NCBI RefSeq assembly: GCF_051874775.1
Contig: NZ_JBJEGE010000002.1
Span: 1,697 to 65,696, forward strand
Length of the DNA stretch: 64,000 nucleotides
Source of the DNA: Candidatus Avelusimicrobium sp.
Lineage (GTDB): Bacteria > Elusimicrobiota > Elusimicrobia > Elusimicrobiales > Elusimicrobiaceae
Direction: 5' to 3'
The notes beneath the pieces are model-generated. The model was given only the letters and a program-made list of their open reading frames with translations, was not told the DNA's origin and did no database searches. Below are positions 45,198 through 52,729 of this stretch, piece by piece. Positions within the stretch are counted from its first letter, which is position 1. Each line of letters starts with the position of its first letter. Position numbers and translations under genes: made by a program.

Positions 45198-45683
45198 CTA
45201 TTTGGTATCCGAACTCAGATACAGTTTTTCAATCGGCATCCGCGCAACAGCTTTAATTTTGCGTATACCTTCCCGACGGGGTTCGCTAGCCAAAATAAAA
45301 CTAGTGCCGGGAAACGCCAAACGGACGGGATACGTAACCGTAACGATTACATCCTCGTGGCGGTGTTTTTTATACATCGGGTCCGTACCTGTTGTTTCTA
45401 CTTTTATGGTAACACCTATGCTGCCCGCCTTACTGCCAAACACTTTCTGCTTGGCTTGGTTGATCTTTTGCGTCATTACCGTCCGGTCCGGCCGGCCGCT
45501 AGGTTTTTTAACCGATACCAGCGAGGCAATACGCGCAAATTCATAGGAAGCGTGGTTGGCAATAAGCGTGTGATAAGCAATATTGCCGTATTCAAGCACG
45601 AAGAAAATCATCAGCATAAATACCGGCAAAATCAACATCAGTTCTGCGGTTACCTGCCCGCCACACTTCCTAAAAAACTTCAT
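45198..45683 (-). CDS. TadE-like pseudopilin
   Basis: MKFFRKCGGQVTAELMLILPVFMLMIFFVLEYG matches the TadE N-terminal pattern. Confidence 0.75.
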   Translation of the reverse strand: MKFFRKCGGQVTAELMLILPVFMLMIFFVLEYGNIAYHTLIANHASYEFARIASLVSVKKPSGRPDRTVMTQKINQAKQKVFGSKAGSIGVTIKVETTGTDPMYKKHRHEDVIVTVTYPVRLAFPGTSFILASEPRREGIRKIKAVARMPIEKLYLSSDTK

Positions 45684-45688
45684 ATCAA

Positions 45689-45919
45689 TTAATATTCAGC
45701 GGAAGAATTCATACCGCCTAAGATTTTGCCTTTGACGTTTTCAAAAAGTTCAGGCATAAACTTTTTGATAAGCGCTCCGGCCAAACCCGCCACGCCCACG
45801 ACTACTACGAGCATCAATACGTATTCAATCGTGTTCTGGCCTTCTTTTTTCTTCAGACAGTCAAAAGCTTTCTCTCTCAAACCGTCCATTTTGTTTTGCA
45901 AAGCAACGATAAACTTCAT
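45689..45919 (-). CDS. flp: Flp-family pilin (76 aa)
   Basis: MKFIVALQNKMDGLREKAFDCLKKKEG|QNTIEYVLMLVVVVGVAGLAGAL.. AGGAGG RBS 8 nt upstream of the ATG at 45919. The track ORF start at 45961 overlaps the upstream flp gene. Confidence 0.85.
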   Translation of the reverse strand: MKFIVALQNKMDGLREKAFDCLKKKEGQNTIEYVLMLVVVVGVAGLAGALIKKFMPELFENVKGKILGGMNSSAEY

Positions 45920-45944
45920 ACTCCGTCCTCCTAATTTTAAAAAA

Positions 45945-46124
45945 TTAACTTCCGGTATCATATTCCGACAAAATCACTTTTGCACCTTGGTCAAACTGCT
46001 GAGGAACCAAGTGTGAATAAAGCACATAAAAGGAGATAATCGCCGTAAAAAGACCTGCCGCCGTTACAATATATTCCACCGCGGTTTGCCCTCTTTTATT
46101 AAACAACATCTCCTTTATCTTCAT
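45945..46124 (-). CDS. flp: Flp-family pilin (59 aa; below the ORF-track cutoff)
   Basis: My hand translation: MKIKEMLFNKRG|QTAVEYIVTAAGLFTAIISFYVLYSHLVPQQFDQGAKVILSEYDTGS. Alternative start at 46109. Confidence 0.75.
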   Translation of the reverse strand: MKIKEMLFNKRGQTAVEYIVTAAGLFTAIISFYVLYSHLVPQQFDQGAKVILSEYDTGS

Positions 46125-46127
46125 ATG

Positions 46128-47105
46128 TTAAAACTGGATAGACACCGCAATCTGCTGCGACGTACCCAACGCCCCAAACGGCGTTACCGCATAATCCAAA
46201 GATGCACCGTAACCAAAGAGTTCGGAGCTGTATAGCCCAAACCCAAACGAAACTTTGGAGGTTTCATCCAATCCTACATCTTTTACCCACGACTCATCGC
46301 TGATCCCTGTATTTTCGCGCGAATAATAACCTACGCGCAAATCAAAGCGGGCCACCTGCAAAAGGTCCTCAGGGATATGGACTTCCAACCCCACGCCGTA
46401 GCGGTAATCGTCGTCGCGGTATTTAATATATTCGCCGGAAACCGTAAAATAGCGGGTGTTGATATCCGCACCCAAGCGAAGGCCGCGCGGCATTTCTTCT
46501 TTATCGCCAATGTTAACAAGCGCACCGCCCAATCCCAGCCAGTTGACGAGACGCAATTTTGCCCCCACGTCAAAACCGACGTTATCATAGTTATTATATC
46601 CTTCGCCGTTGTACAAGCGTTCCGTAATATATTTGGCCGTACCGCCGATTTGGAGTTTCTGGCTGAAAAATCCGCGCGCCAAAGACAGGCTGCCCACAAA
46701 GTTACGCACTGGCACGCCCGCCGTGGGATTTTGATTACCCCATTTATCGCGGAAGTCAAAATCGTCCATATCCATATAGTTAAATGTCACACCGACGATA
46801 GTTTTCCCAATCGGCTGCAAATACGCCAGCGTGCGGGCCTTATACCCCTGCAAATAGTCCAAATACGCAAACTGGAGTTCGCGCGTGGTGGCAGACGCCG
46901 CACCGGCGGGGTTCCAAAACAACGCTTCCGGTCCGTCAGCAATGGATACATACGCATTACCCAAAGCCTGCGCTCTGGGGGAACCGGCGTCAATCTTTAA
47001 GAACGCACTCGCACTCGTACCGGCGCGTTCGTTAATAGCAAACGCCTGAACGGTGCTTAAAGCAACTGTTAAACAAGCAGCTAAAACTTTTATTCTTATA
47101 TTCAT
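46128..47105 (-). CDS. PorV/FadL-like outer-membrane beta-barrel protein
   Basis: Signal peptide MNIRIKVLAACLTVALSTVQAFA. Contains the motif GSPRAQALGNAYVSIADGPEALFWNPAG typical of the PorV / UPF0164-type barrels. C-terminal ..AVSIQF. Confidence 0.65.
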   Translation of the reverse strand: MNIRIKVLAACLTVALSTVQAFAINERAGTSASAFLKIDAGSPRAQALGNAYVSIADGPEALFWNPAGAASATTRELQFAYLDYLQGYKARTLAYLQPIGKTIVGVTFNYMDMDDFDFRDKWGNQNPTAGVPVRNFVGSLSLARGFFSQKLQIGGTAKYITERLYNGEGYNNYDNVGFDVGAKLRLVNWLGLGGALVNIGDKEEMPRGLRLGADINTRYFTVSGEYIKYRDDDYRYGVGLEVHIPEDLLQVARFDLRVGYYSRENTGISDESWVKDVGLDETSKVSFGFGLYSSELFGYGASLDYAVTPFGALGTSQQIAVSIQF

Positions 47106-47124
47106 AAATTGGCTTCTCTGTTTT

Positions 47125-47154
47125 ATTATACGGCTTTCTACAAATATTCGGCAA
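47125..47154 (-). promoter_or_regulatory. Sigma70-type promoter for the OMP-flp-tad operon
   Basis: Minus strand: TTGCCG, 18 nt, TATAAT, ~20 nt upstream of the OMP start. Confidence 0.55.
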
Positions 47155-47301
47155 AACTTCACTCTGTTTACTTCCAGCACAGCAAATGGGATTCTTGCGC
47201 TAAGACTGTCTTCTCTTCCGAATTTTACACAAACATACGGGAAAAATTCCCGCATACCTGCGTCTTTCAATGTCCAGCGTACTCCGAGTCCATCTTAATA
47301 T

Positions 47302-47328
47302 AAGGGGGAGAGGACAACTCTCCCCTTT
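47302..47328 (-). terminator. Hairpin terminator after the giant surface-protein gene
   Basis: AAGGGG(G)AGAG-N-CTCTCCCCTT stem with a 1-nt bulge. The T tract is weak. Confidence 0.5.
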
Positions 47329-47334
47329 ATTTTC

Positions 47335-50300
47335 CTACGGTACTAAAACTTTTACCACTTTCTGGCAGTGTTCGCGACCATTTTGGGCTTTAAAATCCAC
47401 CAGTCCAAAATACACGCCGCGGGCCACTTTACGACCGTGTTGGTTCGTCCTGTCCCACCGGCATCGCAAGGCAGCGTTACGGATATTCGGGAAATTCGCC
47501 AACCCCGCTTCATCCAATTTAGTAGAACCAGCCGGTATATTATCCGGATTAAACGTTAACGTATCTCCCATCGTTACCGTATAATTGTTCGCATCCACAC
47601 ACGTATAACCGCCGTCGCGTACCAAGTCGCCCGCCAAGTTAAAGAACTTAATAGATACCGTACCGGGCACCGGCATTTTGGTAATTTCCAACGTGCCCTT
47701 AGAAGCATCTTTCAGCGGGTTCGGATAGAAGAATACCGTTTTTTCCCAGTCTTCGCACACAAAGCGTCCGTCACCGATAGCTACCGTCGCTTTGTGCAGG
47801 TTCTGATACTCATATGTATCTGCTACTTTATGAATATCCCACTTAGTCTGGTCGGTGCTGCTATTGTCGCTGCCCAAAATTTCACCCGTGATACTGTCAA
47901 TATCGGACGAATTGAGAGCTGTTACAAAACGGAAAGGATACGTTCCGTCCGGCACTTCCTGCTGGGCATAGTCGCGTCCATCCCACGATTCTTCTATTGA
48001 TGTGGTAGCAGGACGGATACCAACAAGTGCGCGCACCAATACTTCGTGAATATCCTGTACTTCTTTACCCGTCGTCGGATTACGCAGCGTACCTTTTTGG
48101 TAATCGAAAATCGTGGTACCGGGTTTAAAGATTTGGATAGCCACTTTCATCGGCACCGAAATCTGATAACCGATTTTCATATCCGTGTTACGTTGGGAAA
48201 GAGCATACCCGTCTGCTTCCAAGAGGTCAAACACTTTTAACAGGTCGGCATTCAACGTTATACTCTTCACCGTTTCCTGATACAGACCCGGATCCGGATA
48301 GTTTTTGGCCGTCAATCGAATTTCATATACCGCCGATTTTACGTAGAAGCCGTTATTGTCCGTTCCGTCCCAGTAAATCTTCCGCGTGACGTTCGGGTCA
48401 AAATTACTCGTGTTCATTATCGTCATCGTCGACAGGAATTTACACACGTCTCCCGCTTTGTTCTGTTTCAAATCTTGGTGGACGGTGGGGTCCGGGTTAC
48501 AGACGTTCGGCTCAAGTGCCACGATGGCTACTTCCACGGTGGCCGCGCGGGACACCGCAAAGTTGATTTCGTACGGCGGGATGAAAATCGGGCCGGACGA
48601 CACGTTAAAGAGCTGCGGAGAGTTCGGGTATACCACCGTGGAACCGTCTAAGAAATACACCGGCCCGCGCGTTACGTTCACTTTGCTGACGGGTTTATCC
48701 GTAGCGTACAAGTAATCTTGCTGGACTACTTCCGCCGCCGTTTTGAACGGTGCGCCAACCAAGTATTTTGTAGCAGGCGTCACGCCGGCGATATCTTCCG
48801 TACCGTTGGCATAATACCGGTCAAACGGTTCGTCGGAGCGCGCCGAGATGAAGAACGGATATTGCCCGTCCGGAACCATTTCGTACGGACATTGTTTCAA
48901 ATCAGTCGCCTCTTTACACGCGCCGGGCTCTTTTGTGGACGTCGGATTATAGAAATACAACGCGTCCCATTCTTCCGTTACCGTCATCCCGTCACCTACA
49001 CGCGTAGAGGAGCGGTCAAACGTTTTGACAGGCTGCAAACGTACATCCACCACGCCCGAGGCCGCTATCGTCGCATTGTCGGGGTAGTTGGTAAAAGAGG
49101 TATCGTTCACATAAATACATTTCGGGTTTTTGGCAGGGTCAATATGACCATCTGTCAAGTAAGCAGAATCCGTCCTCTTATCGCAAATACGCGGAGGCCA
49201 CGCCGCAGCAGTATTAGCAGTAATGTTTACCGTTTCGCGCAACAATGTTACTTTATACTGCAATTCATTAGCAATCGTAGAACCCGCCACATAATTTGGA
49301 TTTTCAATCGCGGTAATCGTATCGCGCGTATACGGATTGGCGGAACCCGTTAATTTGGTTGTGGTACCGAAAGCCACATTCGTGAGTGTAGCAGTCGTAC
49401 CACCACTAAGAGGAATTGCAACGGAAGCCAACGAACTTGTAAATGCAGACCCCGTATAAGAAGCTGTTACAACAGCGTCCCCATAATCCCCCGTTGTATT
49501 ATTATACGCAGGAATGACCACATCCTTATTATAGATGTTTACTTGCACATTCATCGCTTTGGACAAGTGATACGAAATCGTTGCTTTTGCTTCGCTGTCC
49601 CCATATACATCCGTCGTGCTTACGTCCACCACACGGTACATATCTACAGGGAACACCGCCGACGCGCGGTTTGTTACCGCAGGGAACATCGCGTCTTTCG
49701 TTTCCACTACAAACATATACGTCCCGGGAGTGACCATACGGCCCGCATCATCACGTCCGTCCCACGACAAGGTATTTAACTGCTGCGCCACCTGTGTCAC
49801 GCCTTCTTCCGGCGTTAAGTATTTTACCACTACGCCCGCCGTGTTTTCTACTTTGGCAACAGCCGTCGCTTCGCGCACTACCGAGTATTTAAAGATGAAG
49901 GGATCCAAACCGTAAGCCGTCGGGCTTGATCCAATCGTCGAATAGCTGACAGGCTGAATGGTAATGTCCACCATTCCGCGTTCGATCGCTATCATACCCG
50001 TATTATATTTGAGCGTTTTTACACCCGTAAAACATTGGTTGTTGATTTCTTTATCGAGACCGCCGGCAGGCTGCCCTGATGCTTGCGTGCCACAAACTCC
50101 CCCCGGATAAAATACGGGCGTTCCGTTAACACCAGAAGCAGCATTTAAATACTTGCCGTTATACGGGATCTCCGCCCATAAAACGTATACATAATTGCCG
50201 TCCGGCATAGGTGCACCGTTGGCAAAGGTTTCAGTACATACGCCATTATTAAGGGGGTGAGCAGTACTGCCACATAATTCACCGTCGGACATTTTTTCGT

Positions 50301-52392
50301 TATAGGCATAGGTGCGGGCACAACCCGCTTCTTGATTACACAATCCGTCCCAGCGGGAGGTAAAATTCATACGCCCCGTACGATCCTCTACAGAGCTGTA
50401 GACTAACGAACCGCCCACAGGCGTCGGAGCCTTACCCGTAGATTCAGAAGAATCCGTTAATATCGCACCAGAATTATTTTTCTCAAAAGAGGTACCGGGT
50501 GTGTAGATATTCCAATAAATCTTGGCAGGCTCCGTGGGTACATAGCTGATAGACGCATACCCCGTAGACTGTTTATTCAATCCCGTCACCTGTATATCCG
50601 TTAACCGCAACGGATCCAACGAAAGCTGTCTTGTAACTGCGCGCGAAAAGTCCACCCCAGGCCACTCATCTTGCGACTTGGCCTGCAACGACACTACATA
50701 GTTGCCCGCAGGAAGCAGCATTCCGTTATCGTTGCGTCCGTCCCACGAGTCAAACTCCGTAATCTGTACGTCTTTTTCTACCCCTTTCAAACCTTCGCCC
50801 AAGCGCGGCTGCCAATCCACCAACGTGCGGACTAAACCTTGCAGATCATCATCTCCAACGTTAATTGTTCCGTTATTTTCATCACCATACTTAATATTAT
50901 CGCCGTTGGACGCGTCAAAAATGGCAATGCGCACGTCCGCATCTTTACTCAAGCGGTACGCATACGTATAAGGTTGGGCGGACACGGCCGTAATATTACC
51001 CACCACGGACGGCGTACTGCGCACCGTATGGATATTGGTTACATCCACCTGTATGGGGATTTGGTTCATACCCGGATAAGCAATAATGGAGTTAAATTCA
51101 ATTTTGTCAGTAATAATATTATCACCAGTGGTATCTGTAGCTACAGTTGCGCGGAACGCATATTGCCCGTTAGATTTACCAAATTCTCCCGCAATTTCGT
51201 ATGAACCGTCCCATGCGGCACAGAAAGGAATAGCTTCATTTCCATTTGATTTGATTCCATCCCCGTTAAACACAGCATAGTTACAAACCTTATTTGGACA
51301 CGTACACTCACTACCTACTGTACCATACTTCGAGCCATCAGAAAATTTATAACAGTCCGCGCCAACACTTTCCGATCCAATACTGTAATATTGGGCAGCA
51401 TTACACGTGTTACCCTCCGTACTACTTCCGGGGCATTTATACGAACCACATTTGGCCTCTTCTGGATTAGGATATAAATCAATAGTACGAATAGCGGGAG
51501 TCTCTTCAGGGTTTTCCACGTTTTTGTTGTTATAGTATTTTACAATATCAAACTTAACTTGCTGCAGCGGAAATGCAATGGAATAAGTACTACCCCCTAT
51601 CGGTTTATTAGTGCAGTATACATTCATACACAACGCTAAGCAGTGGTTGGGATAAGACGTTTTATTATTAACATTAGCAATAGAAGAATACGGCTGATCG
51701 TATTCAATCAACGCCGAAGACACCCACGGATCCGTAGTGTTAGAGTTACCAGGAGGATTAGGCATATACACAAAACTACGGTTATCCAAAGAATTGGAGT
51801 CTACATCAATAGCATAGCCGGAAGCTGTAGAATTATAACCAACAATTTCATAATTATCGTAAAAAGTTTGAAGCACTGCACCCGCCTTAGGTTTATACTT
51901 GCCACTAGCAGTATCAAGTTCGCAGTCCTCTATTTTGTAATATTGATTTTTCACATAAAAACGGTCATACAAGCTATAATTTTTATCGCTTATCCTAGAA
52001 TTTGCCGATTCGGGAGAATCAGTTTTTTTGGAAACTAAGCGAACTTGAAAGTCCCCATCTGTTCTAATTTCTCCCACATTCATAGCAGTTCCCTTAGAAG
52101 CACATTCACCGAAAAGCATCCCTTCCATCACCGACGTAGTGGAATAAAAACCAGGCTGAGAAGAAGCCGTTTTTAAGTTCAAAAAAGACGGAGTATTGGC
52201 TAAAGAATAATCACAATATACATTTTGTACACTTGCGCCGGAAGACATTTCCCTATAAAACACGCCAGCATATCTTACCTCAGCCGTTTGTGCAAAAAGC
52301 GACGCACTTGCCGTAAAAAACAACAGGGCTAAAACGGCGCAAAGCACCGCTTTACCCGAAAAAACCCGGAGTAAACTTTTAAGTTTGTTCAT
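47335..52392 (-). CDS. Giant secreted surface protein with multiple FlgD-Ig-like repeats and a T9SS-type C-terminal sorting-like domain (~1685 aa)
   Basis: Signal peptide MNKLKSLLRVFSGKAVLCAVLALLFFTASASLFAQ. Repeated WDGR(D/N)..G..V..G.Y modules (at least 5). C-terminus FFYPNPLKD..VSIKFFNLAGDLV..RGVYFGLV... Alternative start at 52407. Confidence 0.8.
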   Translation of the reverse strand: MNKLKSLLRVFSGKAVLCAVLALLFFTASASLFAQTAEVRYAGVFYREMSSGASVQNVYCDYSLANTPSFLNLKTASSQPGFYSTTSVMEGMLFGECASKGTAMNVGEIRTDGDFQVRLVSKKTDSPESANSRISDKNYSLYDRFYVKNQYYKIEDCELDTASGKYKPKAGAVLQTFYDNYEIVGYNSTASGYAIDVDSNSLDNRSFVYMPNPPGNSNTTDPWVSSALIEYDQPYSSIANVNNKTSYPNHCLALCMNVYCTNKPIGGSTYSIAFPLQQVKFDIVKYYNNKNVENPEETPAIRTIDLYPNPEEAKCGSYKCPGSSTEGNTCNAAQYYSIGSESVGADCYKFSDGSKYGTVGSECTCPNKVCNYAVFNGDGIKSNGNEAIPFCAAWDGSYEIAGEFGKSNGQYAFRATVATDTTGDNIITDKIEFNSIIAYPGMNQIPIQVDVTNIHTVRSTPSVVGNITAVSAQPYTYAYRLSKDADVRIAIFDASNGDNIKYGDENNGTINVGDDDLQGLVRTLVDWQPRLGEGLKGVEKDVQITEFDSWDGRNDNGMLLPAGNYVVSLQAKSQDEWPGVDFSRAVTRQLSLDPLRLTDIQVTGLNKQSTGYASISYVPTEPAKIYWNIYTPGTSFEKNNSGAILTDSSESTGKAPTPVGGSLVYSSVEDRTGRMNFTSRWDGLCNQEAGCARTYAYNEKMSDGELCGSTAHPLNNGVCTETFANGAPMPDGNYVYVLWAEIPYNGKYLNAASGVNGTPVFYPGGVCGTQASGQPAGGLDKEINNQCFTGVKTLKYNTGMIAIERGMVDITIQPVSYSTIGSSPTAYGLDPFIFKYSVVREATAVAKVENTAGVVVKYLTPEEGVTQVAQQLNTLSWDGRDDAGRMVTPGTYMFVVETKDAMFPAVTNRASAVFPVDMYRVVDVSTTDVYGDSEAKATISYHLSKAMNVQVNIYNKDVVIPAYNNTTGDYGDAVVTASYTGSAFTSSLASVAIPLSGGTTATLTNVAFGTTTKLTGSANPYTRDTITAIENPNYVAGSTIANELQYKVTLLRETVNITANTAAAWPPRICDKRTDSAYLTDGHIDPAKNPKCIYVNDTSFTNYPDNATIAASGVVDVRLQPVKTFDRSSTRVGDGMTVTEEWDALYFYNPTSTKEPGACKEATDLKQCPYEMVPDGQYPFFISARSDEPFDRYYANGTEDIAGVTPATKYLVGAPFKTAAEVVQQDYLYATDKPVSKVNVTRGPVYFLDGSTVVYPNSPQLFNVSSGPIFIPPYEINFAVSRAATVEVAIVALEPNVCNPDPTVHQDLKQNKAGDVCKFLSTMTIMNTSNFDPNVTRKIYWDGTDNNGFYVKSAVYEIRLTAKNYPDPGLYQETVKSITLNADLLKVFDLLEADGYALSQRNTDMKIGYQISVPMKVAIQIFKPGTTIFDYQKGTLRNPTTGKEVQDIHEVLVRALVGIRPATTSIEESWDGRDYAQQEVPDGTYPFRFVTALNSSDIDSITGEILGSDNSSTDQTKWDIHKVADTYEYQNLHKATVAIGDGRFVCEDWEKTVFFYPNPLKDASKGTLEITKMPVPGTVSIKFFNLAGDLVRDGGYTCVDANNYTVTMGDTLTFNPDNIPAGSTKLDEAGLANFPNIRNAALRCRWDRTNQHGRKVARGVYFGLVDFKAQNGREHCQKVVKVLVP

Positions 52393-52466
52393 TGTATATG
52401 TATCCATTTGGGGAATATGTCCCGTCGTAAAATTAAGTTTTACAAAGCTGTGGCGCACCTAAAAAC

Positions 52467-52499
52467 ACGCGCAAAACGGCGCGTTAAAATTACACGCCG
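52467..52499 (-). promoter_or_regulatory. Two mutually exclusive hairpins in the leader of the giant gene (possible attenuator)
   Basis: Minus strand: CGGCGUG..CGCGCCG overlaps ACGCGC-CGUUUU-GCGCGU, which is followed by GUUUUU. Confidence 0.3.
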
Positions 52500-52514
52500 A
52501 TACAGTACCTTTAA

Positions 52515-52543
52515 ATTTTTGCAACTTTTGCGCTACTTGTCAA
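52515..52543 (-). promoter_or_regulatory. Candidate promoter for the giant gene
   Basis: Minus strand: TTGACA, 17 nt, AAAAAT. Confidence 0.4.
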
Positions 52544-52604
52544 CTGTTTTTTGGATTTTCGATCGTCTGATTTATTTATGGAGTGATTTCTCAGAAGTCT
52601 TATA

Positions 52605-52639
52605 TAAAAAGTGATCCCGTAAAGTTTCTATACGGGATC
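52605..52639 (-). terminator. Rho-independent terminator after the GGDEF gene
   Basis: GATCCCGTA-N9-TACGGGATC; on the minus strand it is followed by ACTTTTTAT. Confidence 0.8.
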
Positions 52640-52729
52640 TATTACCTAGAGAACAATAGCTTTCAGATTAAAACCCTCTAGAATGACTACCGGCATAGAC
52701 TTAAGAACGGTATTTTACTTATAACTCAT

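Noticed and set aside
47106-47270. 55-codon N-terminal extension of the PorV-like OMP gene (track start 47270). Similar over-extended track starts occur at 3480, 4412, 5274, 16466, 28842, 29543, 31484, 41112, 45961 and 52458.
   Set aside because: In each case an internal ATG preceded by a Shine-Dalgarno gives a proper signal peptide or the conserved family N-terminus. The upstream part overlaps promoters, terminators or neighbouring genes.
46128-52392. A type IX secretion system, suggested by the CTD-like cargo plus the PorV-like barrel
   Set aside because: No PorK/L/M/N, Sov/SprA, PorU or PorZ homologs are in the window. The barrel is transcriptionally joined to the flp operon, not to the cargo gene. 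Calling it a T9SS would over-interpret two weak family resemblances.
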